Shown here: positions 1-20,839 of the stretch, one piece after another
Position numbering within the stretch: the first letter of the stretch is position 1
Layout: each line of letters opens with the position of its first letter
Assembly (NCBI RefSeq): GCF_009914755.1
Contig: NC_060929.1
DNA length: 64,000 nt
Strand: one strand, 5' to 3'
Source of the DNA: the human T2T-CHM13v2.0 reference genome, Homo sapiens
Made by a program: the position numbers and the translations under genes
Notes under the pieces: model-generated
Seen by the model: the letters and a program-made list of their open reading frames with translations, nothing else
Database searches by the model: none
Told to the model about the DNA's origin: nothing

Positions 1-1429
1 CACATTAGAATGTTAGCTCTGGGAGAGCTTTTCTGCCTTGACCAGTGTTGTTTCCCTACAGCTAGAACAGCACCTGGTTTGCTGAATGAATTTTAAAAAT
101 GAACACTTGAATGGACTCTTTCCCAGTTTACTAATGACTTCTCATAAACACAGGAGAAACATAAGTTTCTTAGTCTTCCAAGCTTCCTTAGGAAAATTAA
201 GAATGGTTCTAAAATAAGGCATTTCTAAGTATTAAAGGTTATTAAAATGCTGAGTACAAGAACTTGCCATAGTCATGAGTATGTGCCAGTTGGTTCCTGC
301 CTCCCAACCTTTCTTAAAGACTACTTCTCTCTCTTCCCATGCCTTGCTGGTGGTGCCTCCTGATGGCTGACACACAGACCACCCCTTACCCAGCCTCTTC
401 CCTCACAGCCTTCTTTCCACTGCTTACAGTAGGTAGTCTCTGTGTCTTGGAGCACAGTTAGTTTCACCCAGGCAAGGCTTCTCTCCCGGGCACATCCTCT
501 TTAACCTCTTTTCTCCTCTTTTTGTTTTTAACCAGTCACCTCTGAAATACTCCTCTCTTCTTTCTTTCCTTATCTCTGAACAAAAAAGCCACTAATTTTG
601 ATTGGTTGGCAGAAAATTAATACTTGTGATAGTCTTCTTCCAAGGAAAATGGAAGCTACAAACTTTTTTTATCAAGTTATATATGAAACAACTACCTTCA
701 GAAGATTTATAGCGGTCTTCATCTACTTCCCTATTATCCTTTAATTAACCTGTTTTTGTCAAAGATAGTCAAGTTAAATTAATTTTCTTATTCAATTTGG
801 TTTAATTTCTAACATTACAGATATAATTCTATTTTTCATTGGAAATATTTATACATAAAATATGAACATTGAAACCAGAAAAGGGCTGGGGAAGACAACT
901 GCAGACTCATTTTGGAACAACCCTAATTACCCAGACATAATTAATGGTAATTTTTCTATAGGAAGAGGGAAGTTTAAGGTCTAATTACCTTGAAAGCAAT
1001 TTTTAAAAGTATAAGCTATTTTTCAGTTGAACATTTCTCATGCTGTTGTTCTATATGTCTACATTTGGTAAGTTAAAAATTATTTTTCCCTTCCTAAATA
1101 TAATCCACAATTCCTGAAAGCATGTTTTTCAAGATGCTAGTCCCTCAAGATGCTACTTGAGAATGTAAAAAGCTCTGTTATCACATAACTTTGGGGCACA
1201 TAGTATACTATATACCACTCCTGAAGGTTTATCATATACATCAGCAATAAATTTACATCTACAACAAACTTATGTATTTAATTTTGTTTAACCATTGTTT
1301 TGCAAACATATAAGACTACTAAACCCCTTTCTTGTATAAGACTTGTTAATATCCCATGAAAGAAACTTTGAGAAACAACTATGATTATTTAATCATTTAG
1401 AGAAAAAAGGAATAGTGATATTAACTATT

Positions 1430-1660
1430 TGTTGAAGGCTCCTATCTGCCAGGCATTGTCCTCAGAGTTCTTAGAATTTTACATAAAGTATCTTATTTAA
1501 ACCTAAAATGAACCTAATAAATACAAGTACTGTGGTCATCCCCTTCTTACAGATGAGAAAACTGAGGTTGAGATAAGTAAATTACTTGCTGAAGTCCACA
1601 TGGCCAGTGGGGTAAGCATGTGAATTTTGGCAGCCTGTTTACAAAATCCATATACAATCT
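1430..1660 (-). mobile_element. MIR SINE fragment
   Basis: MIR core ...ttacagatgagaaaactgagg...ttacttgctgaagtccaca. Confidence 0.7.
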
Positions 1661-1774
1661 CCAGTCTCCATGGCATTTAATGGTATGAAAAAAATGTGAA
1701 TGATGCTATTTGTGAATGTTCAGCTAATAAAAGAATGAGCTATTTTAAGATATTTGGTTATTTTTGTTACATAG

Positions 1775-1999
1775 ATATTGCTGGAATTCCTCTGCCTCAG
1801 AACCTGAGTGGATACTCTTTGTTGCCGTTATCATCAGAAACATTTAAGAATGAACATAAAGTCAAAAACCTGCATCCACCCTGGATTCTGAGTGAATTCC
1901 ATGGATGTAATGTGAATGCCTCCACCTACATGCTTCGAACTAACCACTGGAAATATATAGCCTATTCGGATGGTGCATCAATATTGCCTCAACTCTTTG
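1775..1999 (+). CDS. ARSK: ARSK (arylsulfatase K, lysosomal glucuronate-2-sulfatase) penultimate coding exon, 225 bp, phase 1/1
   Basis: Acceptor ttttgttacatag|AT at 1775 and donor TTTG|gtaagt at 1999/2000. Translates (D)IAGIPLPQNLSGYSLLPL...YMLRTNHWKYIAYSDGASILPQLF, a sulfatase C-terminal region. Confidence 0.95.
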
Positions 2000-2339
2000 G
2001 TAAGTTTGTTAATATATTTTTAAGTGTAATATTATGTGTAATGAACTGCCCTATGTAGCATTGCTCAAGATATCCAATAATCCTTGTTAAATAAATGAAT
2101 ATCTGCTGCTTCTCATGCTAGGACGATCTACAAAAGGTTGCCCATGTGAGGAACAGCCTCTTTGCAGATCAGCAGCTGAATTTCAGAGAAAGTGTCCTAA
2201 GGCTTTTGATCTGGGTCTCATGACTGAAACCAGTTTTCTCTGATCAGGGCATCTTTCAGTACTCATGGTTATCTTTCCCAATTTGAAGTCAACACCTCAT
2301 TGTACCTCATTGTTCTGAAGGATTAACACCTATCTTATG

Positions 2340-2520
2340 AAGCCTGACATTTTACATGTATTATTTAATGTTCACCACAACCCCACAAGATAGTACCATT
2401 ATCCTCATTTTACAGAGGAGTCTATGAGAGAAATTTGGATACCTGTGTGAGGTCTCACAGCTAAGAAGTAGCAGAACTGAGATTTCAACGAAGCTGTGAC
2501 TGTAAAATTGATGCTTCTTA
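2340..2520 (-). mobile_element. MIR SINE fragment
   Basis: attatcctcattttacagagg...ggtctcacagctaagaagtagcagaactgagatttcaa. Confidence 0.65.
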
Positions 2521-2836
2521 CAGCTTCTAAAAAATGTCTGCCAGCTTCACTACTCTATGAATTAATTTTTAAGCAGCATTTTTAGATTCAGGGTTTTACT
2601 CATCCTTTGTCCCCATTTAGTACATAAAATATGTGCTAAAGCCATAAGTAATATTTATTTCTCCCTAAGGCTCCTTCCCAGTTACAAATAGCAAAATTAT
2701 TATCAAAATAATACTTTGGGGGCCAAACTGGCCAACCCCCTTCACTTGAAGAGTGGAGGATTCTTGGCTGAAAAAGGAAGTCTTTACATTTTCATCCTGA
2801 TGAGTAATGGGCATCTCTTGCTTGTTCATTGGCCAT

Positions 2837-3262
2837 TGTCAAATGAAATTTATGGGAGGCCATTGTTTTGAACTGAGTTCCTACACCAGGCTCAACAGAC
2901 CACATCAAACCAGAATGGGGTCACTGGCAGTAGGTGCCCCATAATCAAACTGAACTTTAGAAGAAAAAAAAAAGAGAATCACAATAACCAATCCGAAGGG
3001 GCTCATTTTACCTGAACCAGCATAAGGAAGTCTCCTCTGTTTTTACTGGACAAAGAAAGTAACACTATAATGACGAATCTGCTTTTTGTTCCATGTTTCT
3101 GGGACTTTTTCATCAGCCTTTTTCTGCCTATAAAGCCCACCTCCCCTGCTCAGCTCATCAGAATGCCTTTTCTAAATCTTTAGAGGGGTTGCTGCCCAAT
3201 TCAGGAATCACTAAATAAAAGCCAATTTGTTCTTTAAATTTGTTGAAATTTTGTTTTTTATA
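2837..3262 (+). mobile_element. Solo ERV1-class LTR (MER66-like, tentative) in the last ARSK intron
   Basis: Starts with TG and contains TATA-like ctataaaa and AATAAA. Flanked by 4-bp TSD CCAT (2833-2836, 3263-3266). Confidence 0.65.
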
Positions 3263-4164
3263 CCATGTTCTACCAAAAAACTGATGTGACTATCAAAATG
3301 TCAGAAGTGGGGAATCAGCCTTTTCTGTACTTTTTAGGGCTTATTGATTTCCCTTTCCTAAAGATGTACCATCTGGAAATTACCTAGCAAAGTCACATAT
3401 CTCTTCAGGGGCCTCTTGGCTACTGCACTTAAGTAGGCCCATAGAGGTTTTTCCCTCAACATACAGTGTTCATTTACTATCTGAAGTTAATTGTCATAAG
3501 ATCTCTGACTTGCTGTTCTTCCAGTTAGATTGGTATACTAGTTATATCCCTGTCTTCCCATACCATATCTAAAAAGTATCTTTATGGATCTGAAATATTT
3601 ATCATTATTTTCTTGCTGGCAGTGATTGAGAAGTTTGTATTTCCATGGCTGTTTGTTCAAATGGACAGTACTGATGAATGTAACTTTCAAAACTCCAAGC
3701 ATAAGATACTAATATATAAAGAAAACTAGGACTAAGTAAAGTTGCAGGAACATGACTTGTCTATATAAAGAATTTGTAGAAAGTTTGAGGCTGTTAAAAT
3801 GGTACAGTATAAGCATTACTGTATTCATTTCTGCCTGTCAAAGTAGGCAGGACATCAAAAACAGGAAGAACTTGTTCTAAACCAGCTTACTAATGATAAA
3901 AGTTTGACTTTTTCTGGCATTTAAGAAAAGAAAAAAAAAGTGGGATAGCTGGACAATGGTAGGAAGGAGGGAATTTGGGCATGCAACATAGGGTGTTTAA
4001 CTCCTGGTATGTTATTTTACCATTTATACTGTCCTTCATTTTACTACACTAACAGGAACTGAAAATCTAAAAAAAAAATCTAATACATTACCTGTCATAA
4101 TGACATTCTAAAAAAATTTTTAGCAGGTCACTATTTTGACAGATACTTATTTTTTTTCTTTCAG

Positions 4165-4454
4165 ATCTTTCCTCGGATCCAGATGAATTAACAAATGTTG
4201 CTGTAAAATTTCCAGAAATTACTTATTCTTTGGATCAGAAGCTTCATTCCATTATAAACTACCCTAAAGTTTCTGCTTCTGTCCACCAGTATAATAAAGA
4301 GCAGTTTATCAAGTGGAAACAAAGTATAGGACAGAATTATTCAAACGTTATAGCAAATCTTAGGTGGCACCAAGACTGGCAGAAGGAACCAAGGAAGTAT
4401 GAAAATGCAATTGATCGGTGGCTTAAAACCCATATGAATCCAAGAGCAGTTTGA
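4165..4454 (+). CDS. ARSK: ARSK last coding exon (DLSSDPDELTNVA...HMNPRAV*)
   Basis: Polypyrimidine tract plus tcag| acceptor at 4165. Phase joins the upstream exon (G|AT = Asp) to give the sulfatase-typical LFDLSSDPDELTN motif. TGA at 4452-4454. Confidence 0.95.
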
Positions 4455-6030
<1,576 letters not shown>

Positions 6031-6058
6031 TATTTAGAATGGCCTTCTCCACTTGTCA

Positions 6059-6325
6059 TTTTTTTTTTTGAGACGGAGTCTCGCTCTGTCACCCAGACTG
6101 GAGTGCAATGGTGCAATCCCGGTTTCAAGTGATTCTCCTGCCTCAGCCTCCCAAGTAGCTGGATTACAGGCACCCGCCACCACACCCAGCTAATTTTTTG
6201 TATTTTTAGTAGAGATGGGGTTTCACCGTGTTAGCCAGGATGGTCTTGATCTCCTGACCTGGTGATCTGCCCACCTAGGCCTCCCAAAGTGCTGGGATTA
6301 CAGGCGTGAGCCACTGCGCCTGGCC
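6059..6325 (-). mobile_element. AluS with a small internal deletion
   Basis: polyT-gagacggagtctcgctctgtc...gagccactgcgcctggcc. Confidence 0.9.
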
Positions 6326-6597
6326 TCCACTTGTCTTCTTTTATAATTTTATTTTTCACCTTTGGATCTTTGACCCAGCTGGAATGTATTAAACATATTA
6401 GAAATCTAACTTTGGTTGTTTTTTTAAATATGCCTACCCATTGATCTTTTATTGAGTAAACTGTCTCTTCTCCCATTCGTAAAAATGTCACTTCATCATA
6501 TAATACCTTTGGTTGAGTACATTATCTTTTCCTCCATTGATTTGCGATGCCATTTTTATCTATACCAAAGTCCCATTTATACTTATGCCATTTCTGA

Positions 6598-6942
<345 letters not shown>

Positions 6943-8299
6943 GACCAGTCTATTTTATTAGTCTGGTAGACAGTATCTGGTAGGACTAGTCCCTTTGCAA
7001 TAGTTTTCTTTTTTCAGAATTGTCCTTCCTAGCAACTCTTGATTTTTCCATACAAATTTAGAATAAGTTTGTGTAGTAACAAAAATGAAAAGTCCTGTTG
7101 GCTTTTAAATGAAATCATTAAATGTATAACCTACTTTAGAGAGAATTTAATTCTTTATGATAGTTATTCTAAATAATTAGCATGTTTTTCCCTTTATTCA
7201 AGTCTTCTTTTATATCCCTCAGTAGTAGTCTAAGTTTTCTTCATATAGATCAATTTGTCCGGAAAAATTTTTGAAAAGCAGAGACTTTAAAAAATACCCC
7301 CCTAGGCTCTACACTACACCACTTGATTAGAGCTTCTGAGACAGCCTGGGCCTGCTGTGCTATTATTGTTGTCTTGCTGGTCAATCCCTCCAGCCATGAT
7401 TCTAATATGTAGCCAGAGGTGGGTTTATTTCCAGTTGTTTTATCAGTTATTGTGATTTTAAGTGAATCTTCCTTCCATTATATCCTCTAAGAGAAGATCT
7501 TCTTGTTTATATGTGCACTCCATTTCCATATATTTATTTTATGCTGAATCACTTCATAGTGAGTAATAGTTTTTCAAGTGATATATTATTTTCCAAGTAA
7601 AAATCTTACCTGCAAATAATTTTACCCAACTTAATACTTCTTCAAACTGTCTTTGAAGTTTTCTTCATGAGTAAGTTCATCTCCTTTATTTATTTGTTTA
7701 TCGTTCTTCAGTGAATTTATATGAGCTTACCTTTGCAATTATGAATTTCTGAGAAATGATTTTACTTTTGAATATATCTGATTTTTATTACATATGTATA
7801 TACACATGCATACACAAACACACATATTCTGAAGTGAAACCCTTAAAAAGAAAGACTGAGTATTAAGGTTAAAATTAAACTATACAAATCCACCATCCAT
7901 CTCCTAAATAAGCCTAAAGAACACAAGTAGCTAAAGTATGGGTATATATGCTAATCATAGAGAGAAAAGCAATAACAATAGAAATGTGGTCCTGAAAATA
8001 GGCCTGTGAAGATAAATCTACTTCATTCTACCCAAACCCTTTAAGATACACATTCATTGTAAGAATTTACCAAGCATCTGCCATGTTTTAAGCATATTAA
8101 GTACAGGATCATAATTAGGTACAGTTGAATATTCAGGACAATATCTAATTCAGAATGGTATCTAACAATCATGAAAACCGAAAATTAAGAAAAACGCACA
8201 AAATCAAGACAATTATCTAATGCCAGAATCTGAGAGGAACTGACACTAATTAGAAGCTGGAATGAGAATAACCTTTGGGCTTCCATTTTTACTACCTCC

Positions 8300-9376
<1,077 letters not shown>

Positions 9377-9510
9377 TAGTTTTCTTAATAAAGCAAAGCC
9401 TTCTAGAAACAGTAAATTGTAGCAAAATCTTGCACAAAAGAGCTAACAAATAGACACTATCCCCCTTTGTTTTATCTTTTTAAAATCGACACATAATAAT
9501 TCTACCTATT

Positions 9511-9860
<350 letters not shown>

Positions 9861-10685
9861 TATACCTATTTATGGACTACAGTATACCTCTATACATGTA
9901 TACAAGGTGTAATGATCAAATCAGGGTGATCAGCATACCAATTACCTCAAACATTGATCATTTCTTTGTGTACATTCAAAATCTGTTCTATTTGAAAATA
10001 TATAATAAATTATTGTTAATTACAGTCACTCCGTAGTACTATAGAACACTAGAATGTATTCCTCCTATCCTACTGTACTTTTGTATTCGTTAACCAATCT
10101 TTAGCTGTTCCTCTCTCCCCTTACCCGTCCCCACCTCTAGTAACCACTGCTCTACTCTCTACCTCCATGAGATCAATGCTTTTTTACGCTTCTGCTTGTG
10201 AGTAAGAACATGCAGCATTTATCTTTCTGTGCCTGGCTCATTTCACTTAACATAATGTTCTTCAATTTCATCCATGTCGCTGCAAATGATAGAATTTCAT
10301 TCTTTTTACAGCTAAATAGTATTCCATTGTGTATATATACCACATTTGCTTTATCCATTCATCTGTTGATGGACACAGGTTGATTCCATACCTTGGCTAT
10401 TGTGAATAGTGCTGCAGTAAACATGGGGTGCATGTATCCCTTTAATGTACTGATTTCCTTTCCTTTAGATATTTACCTAATAGTGGCGTTGCTGGATCAT
10501 GATAGTTCTATTTTTAGTTTTTTGAGGAACCATTTTACTGTTTTCCATAATGGCTGAACTAATTGACGTTCCCACCAACAGTGTAAGAGTTCCCCTTTCT
10601 CCTCATCCTGCTAGCATTTATTATTTTTTGTCCTTTTGATAATAACCATTCTAACTGGGTGAGATTACACCTCATTGTGATTTTA
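9861..10685 (-). mobile_element. L1M (L1MA-type) 3' end
   Basis: Minus-strand translation ILSFAATWMKLKNIMLSEMSQAQKDK matches the L1 ORF2 C-terminus, followed by an L1 3'UTR. Confidence 0.85.
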
Positions 10686-10699
10686 TCTTTTTCTATTAA

Positions 10700-10895
10700 A
10701 AAAAGGCTAGATACTAAATATTTTAGGCTTTGTGAGCCATATGGTCTCTTTCACAACTACTCATCTCTACCGCTGAAGTGTGAAAGCAGCAAGACAATAT
10801 GTAAACAAATGAGCGTGGCTATGTTCCAATATAGCTTTGTTTACAAAAATGCAGGATTTGCCTTGTGGGCCATAGTTTGCTCAATGCTGGGCTAG
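10700..10895 (+). mobile_element. MER58A-like hAT-Charlie DNA transposon
   Basis: aaatattttaggctttgtgagccatatggtctct...gtaaacaaatgagcgtggctatgttccaata. Confidence 0.7.
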
Positions 10896-10897
10896 AA

Positions 10898-11320
10898 TAG
10901 TTTGCAACCTTGCCGCAAATTGGAATCACCTGAGGATGTTTAAAAACTATTATTGCCTGGCTCCTACCCCAGGCTGCAGGAGTTTTAAAGCTTCCCAGCC
11001 TGTAATCCCAGAACTTTGGGAGGCTGAGGCAGGCAGATCACCTGAGGTCAGGAGTTTAAGACTAGCCTGGCCAACATGGTGAAACCCCGTCTCTACTAAA
11101 AATACAAAAATTAGCCGGGCGTGGTGGCGCGTGCCTGTAATCCCAGCTACTCGGGAGACTGAGGCAGAAGAATCCCTTGAACTAGGAGGCAGAGGTTGCA
11201 GTGAGCTGACATCACGCCACTGCACTCCAGCCTGGGTGACAGAAAAAAAGGCTCAAAAAAAAAAAAAAAAAAAGCTTCCCAGGTGATTCTAATGTGCAGC
11301 AAAATCTGGGAACCACTAGT
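10898..11320. mobile_element. MER5A-like element interrupted by a 5'-truncated AluS (10998-11273, +)
   Basis: ttggaatcacctg...aagcttcccag[Alu]aagcttcccaggtgattctaatgtgcagc. TSD AAAGCTTCCCAG. Confidence 0.8.
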
Positions 11321-11528
11321 CTGGAACCTTGTTATTCAAACTACCATCCTCAGGAAAGAAGCATCCATATCGACTAGGAGCTTTATCTTGTTTTGGTTTT
11401 TGTTTTTTAATGGATTTTGTATTCTTTCTACTGTTTGTGGTTTTTCAATTTATTAGACCCAGGAGATCCTCGTAAAAACTACTAGAATGGATGGAATTTG
11501 TTAAATGGCTGCATATACAAAAATAAAA

Positions 11529-11795
<267 letters not shown>

Positions 11796-11879
11796 TGTTG
11801 ACTCACATATATCTATAAGAGGAATCACTAGGTAAAAACAGAAATTAGAGAAAATATTACATTCATGTTATCCTATACA

Positions 11880-12118
11880 TATTTATTTATTTGTTTACTT
11901 ATTTATTTATTTTTGGTACAGGATCTTACTTTGTCACCCAGGTTTTGAGTGCAGTGGTGCGAACATGGCTCACTCACTGCAGTCTCAACCTCCTGGGCTC
12001 AAGTGATCTTCCTGCCTCAGCCCCCTGAGTAGCTGGGACCACAGGTGTGCATCACCATGCCCGGCTAATTTTTAAGTTTTTTCTAGAGATGAGGGTCTCA
12101 CCATGTTGGTCAGGCTGG
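11880..12118 (-). mobile_element. AluJ, partial
   Basis: (TTTA)n tail then ...ctcctgggctcaagtgatcttcctgcctcag. Confidence 0.85.
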
Positions 12119-12709
12119 AAAATACTTTACATTTTAATGAGAGGTATACAAACCTAGATTTTTAAAACTATAAACTTCTATTGAAGTATATAAACAAAAT
12201 ATGAATATGCAATGACAGCATGTTCTTGGATGGGAAGATCTAATCTCAAAATATCACTTCCCCAAAATTAATGTATAAATTTTGTGCAATCCTGATTTTA
12301 TTCCAGAAAAGAGATATTTTTATTTGATTTTTTAAATTGAATGAAATGGTCTTATAGTTTTTATGGAAAAAATAATGTCTGAAATAAGTAATAAAATTAT
12401 GGGAAAATAATATCGAGGTGGGATTAATATTACTGGCTATTAAAACATACTATAAACCACTGAATTAAACTAAGAACTTGGTAATGAGGGGCCATGAAGC
12501 AAAAAAGAGATGACTCAACACAAACTAGGTAGAAGAAGCTCATGTGGAAAGCAGACCATCTAGACCCATGTTAGAACTATTATCCCCCTTCTACACTGGC
12601 CATACTCATTTGTGTGCGTATACATATATATTGTTTACAATTATGTATGTATTATTTACAATTATGTATATTAAACTTTCATTAGGTAGAATTTTTACCG
12701 CCAAAAAAA

Positions 12710-12998
12710 TTTTTTTGGAGGCAGCGTCTCACTCTGTCACCCCAGCTAGAGTGCAGTGGTGCAATCATAGCCCATTGCAGCCTTCAATCTCCCAGGCTCA
12801 AGCAATCCTTCCACCTTAGTCTCCGAAGTAGCCAGGAGTATAGGTGTGCGCCACCGTGCCTGACTAATTTTTTTATTTTTCAGAGACAGGGTCTCCCTAT
12901 GTTGCCCAAGCTTGTCTCAAACTCCAGGACTCAAGCAATCCTCCTGTCTCAGCCTCCCAAAGTGCTCAGGCTACAGGCGTGAGGCACAGAGCCTGGCC
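12710..12998 (-). mobile_element. AluJ
   Basis: Reverse Alu dimer of J type (gctcaagcaatcc). Confidence 0.85.
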
Positions 12999-13379
12999 TA
13001 ACCCAATTATTTTTAATTTTAACATTAAAAAGCTGAGTCTTAAAAAATTCTTGAGTCAAAAAATTATAATTATATGCTATTTTAAAAGTAATAAAAATGA
13101 GAAAATTTAGATCAGTCATTCAGGATGGCATGGCTACAGACAAAAATAAGAACATTTAGAAAAATATATGATACAACCAAAACTATACTCAGAATAATAT
13201 TCTTAGCCTTAAGCTTTTTATTATTAAAGGAAATTTAAAAACTCTTCAATGTTAAAAGTTAGAAAAAATATGCATAAATTTTGCAATATTTACGGTGAAG
13301 TTTTGATATCCTTAAATAATGGTTTGAGAATTGTATTTCCACTTAGGATAGACAAAGATGCAAGGGAATACTGCTCCCA

Positions 13380-16710
<3,331 letters not shown>

Positions 16711-17679
16711 AGAAATAATGAAGTGTTTTCATCTATGAGAATGACAAACGCTGATGATGCTCATATTGTTGGGGCTATGGGGAAAAAGACACATACATTG
16801 CTTGCATCCCTTGTTGAGAATAACTCAGTACTATATGTTAAAATGCATTAAAAATGCACGTGCTCAGCCTCAGCAATTCCAATGACAGGATTTTATCATA
16901 AGGGAATAATTGAATGCATGTGCTAGGATGTAGGTGAAGAGATGTTCTTCACAGAATTATTTATAAAGTGAAAATGAGAAAAACTTTTGTCTAAAAATAG
17001 GGGGCTATTTAAATAATTGTAATCCATTCAACATTAAACAGATAATTATATCATATTATCACTGACATGGGAAGTGATCCAAATACAATCTTAGGTGAAA
17101 TGAAAGCAGGATATAAAATGTTGTATGCAGTGTAATCTATTTCTGTAATATACAGATCTAGTCATTATAGCCTGAAATATATATCACTGAGTATTAACAA
17201 CAGGTTTTTTTGAGCAGTATGTTAAGTGTTTTTTGTATGTGAATATGCATTGTCTAATTTTTCTGCAATTAATATGTACTGCTTATTTAATTAAAAACTA
17301 CTGAGTTTTCAAAACATATATGCCAAACTTAATATCATCTATATTGAGACAACATTTATATTGAGACAAAGTGGCATTATGCACCCCAGAAATGATACAC
17401 TTTTGACAGTATTACCTATGTAATGTTCCTGCCAGAAAAGTCAAATCCAAATTTAATTATGTGGAAACAAATACAATTTTAAGGATATTCCGCTAAACAT
17501 GTGTCATGGACTCTTCAAATGTCAGCATCCCAAAAAGAAAAAGACAGGCTGGGAGGCTATTTAGGTAAAGGCCACTAAATAAGTATTACAATCAAATATA
17601 ATTCATTATCTTTGATTATGCCCAGCACATTAGATAAAAATAAACCTATAGAAAAACATTTTTGTAAAATTGGTTAGAA

Positions 17680-18420
17680 AAAAGAGAATAATAACAAGCT
17701 TCTAGAAAGAAAAAAACAATGATCATATCTAAGCAAAACATGAATCAGATGGCTTCAGTCTTCTCAACACAAACACTCAGAAGCCAGAAAGGGAATGGAG
17801 TAATGCCTTCAAAATTCAGAAGGAAAAGATTTTCAAAAATAGGATTCCAAACCCAGCCAAATAATCAGTTAGGCAATAGGGTAGAATAAAGAAATTTTCA
17901 GACATGTGGGATCCCAAATAGTTACCTTCTCTCAAGAAGTCACTGAAAGGTGCTTTCTTCCCAAGCAAGAAAATAAACCAGGAAAGAAAAAAATCCATTA
18001 AATCAGAAAACAAGAGAACCAGCATGAGATAAGTGAAAGGAATCCCTAGGACGATGCTGACGTGAGATGCCAGGATGACCGCTGGCCCAGAGGGCAACAT
18101 GTCCAGACAGAATCTGCATGACTCAAATAAGGAGTACAATGAGGTCTCTTACCACTTAGTTCTCAGGCTTTGTACAACCTTGTAAACCTTATGAAATATT
18201 AGATGATGTGTTCTACCAAAAAGGAAGAAATCAAGGAGAAAGACCAGAGATCCAAGAAACAGGAACTGCAACCCAAGAGAAAGGCAGAAAGTTTCAATGA
18301 CGACAACAAATGGAGGTCCGCAGATGGTAGTTATGCAGTAGGCCTTGGGAGAAATTAGCCCAAATAAGAGAAAAATGAAAGTCTCTGGTAAAGAGGTTTC
18401 CGTGAAAAAAAATTGGAGCT
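17680..18420 (+). mobile_element. Old L1M ORF1-like fragment
   Basis: cagaagccagaaagggaatggagtaatgccttcaaaattc...attccaaacccagccaaa, ORF1 C-terminal-like. Confidence 0.55.
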
Positions 18421-18948
18421 GCTATATTACGTTTTGAAACTGACCTTGTGGAAATTGCTTGGGGGGACTATTTGAGGGTACAGGAAGAATTAGCTATGAT
18501 AACAATGAAAAGTAAGAAAAGGCAATTATTAACTTTAAAAATAACAAAAAATAATATTCACAATATACAACTCAACTGTGAATATTTTTGTTTCATAATA
18601 ATATAAACACCAAATATAAGTCTAACCCAAAATTACAGTATTGTTCTAATGGTATGGGAAATGGAAATAGTGACAGAGGTGCGAGAGATAAGTCTTTAAT
18701 AAGAAGTTAACAGATAATATATCAATTTGTTAAATCAATGAATAGCATTACATATATATTATTTACTATTATGAATTAAGTCAATGCCAGAAGAAAGAGC
18801 AAATAGAGTCTAAATTGGTTCCCTCTAGAAAGAGGGGATAAAGAAGTGGAGATGTATAGGACAGGGAACTCTTTATGTTATCAGCCTTCTAGTTCCATTT
18901 GACTTTCAAAACTATGTGCATTGTATAATTTTAATAAGAATTAGTTTA

Positions 18949-19280
<332 letters not shown>

Positions 19281-20839
19281 TTATCAGATCTTACTAAAGT
19301 TCTGTGAAATTTCACTATAGTCATTTTGAAATGCTAATATATAAGAGCATTTCAACAAATTTGAGACAAATGATAGACTATCTTGAGAAACACTGAAATG
19401 ATACTGGCTAGGAAAATCACTGAATGATGAACATTGCTCAGAGAAGGCTCCCTGGAAGAAGTGCATTATAAACTGGGATGATGTGTGTGCATAGAAAAAG
19501 GCCTTGGATAAAAAGTTCTAAAGGGAGAGTATGAAAATCAAACCAGGATTTTAGATTTTCCAAGGCTATCACTCTAGCTTTCTTAAATGTCCCACCAGGA
19601 ACACTTATTCCTATGTCTCCACAGAGCTTCCTTGGGCTCCTCTGGACAATACTGGCATAGTATAAAAGGAATTTTTTCTTAGGTGATGGATTTATAGTCA
19701 AGGCAGGCATTTATGCTCGAAGGTATCTGAAAAGCATCGTATATCCACTAATTCATCAACTCAACACACACCCACTGATAACTACAACCTGTCAGACCAG
19801 AGCGAGGCACCACAGAGATGATGATGAAAATAACCAAGGTTTCTGGCCAAAGGACAACAGCTTGGGAAATGGGATTCCTACAGCAGCTGGCAGGACTATC
19901 ATGGAACCCACCAAATCTTCCTAGGCCATGAATCTTAAAGTTCCAAATGTTTCCTCAGATTGGGAATGTGAACCCTAGACAACACTCATACCTCCCTGGC
20001 CCCCAGGCCAGGAAGTACAGGAAATTCTACTTTCACCATGATTAACGTGGAGGGTGCATAAAAAGACAAATGGATGCTTCCAACAGGGAAACTAAAATGT
20101 GTTTGTGAGGAGACAAGGCTAAAATGAAAGCAGCAACATTTAATCTAAACCATTTCCTGTGACTTGGATTTCTTTTTTAAAAAAATTGGCCGCCTTATCA
20201 CTTTCTTAGTCACCTTTTCTCTAGGCTTATTGGAGGCGTAGCCCCTCCTAGCAACTTCCCATCTGCTGGAAAACAGAATCAAGAGAATGAGGAGTGTGAT
20301 GACGCATCCTTCACTGGATGAAAATATTAGGAGAAAAGCAATAAATGCACTACCATTTGCATAAAACCTATTAATGCCCTCTTCAGACTAATGAAATGAA
20401 TTTTACATCACCAAGAAAGCAGCTGTGACCCACTGCTCCTAGTATTTGGAACGATCTGCAACACTGCCACTCCTAAAAGCAACATCATTGACTTTAGTAC
20501 CCTCTAATTAAAATACTTTCATTCTTGGACAGAGAAGACACATCTTGATCAAAATTCAGCTAATAGGTCTCCTCTTTGCTCAAAACGCTGTTAGGTTTCT
20601 TGTGTTCCTGTTTTTCTCATGCTCGTGCAGATCCATGGCATTTCAAACCTTTAAAATAAAAACTAATGTCTTTTCTATTTTTTTCCTACTGGCAATCACA
20701 TTGGGGTGGTGGGGGCGTGTGGTACAATCTCAGTCAAGAGGTCCTCTCTTGTGTGGGTGCTGGCATAACACTGGCCGTATACAATGGCCAAGCAAAGCGA
20801 CATTCTGTCCTGCTGTGCTTTACACGTAAATAGAGAATG

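Noticed and set aside
1696-2058. ORF-track 120-aa protein, and similarly 4230-4454, 54941-55222 and 56946-57230
   Set aside because: These are exon reading frames with intron-extended or arbitrary ends. The true boundaries are given in the features.
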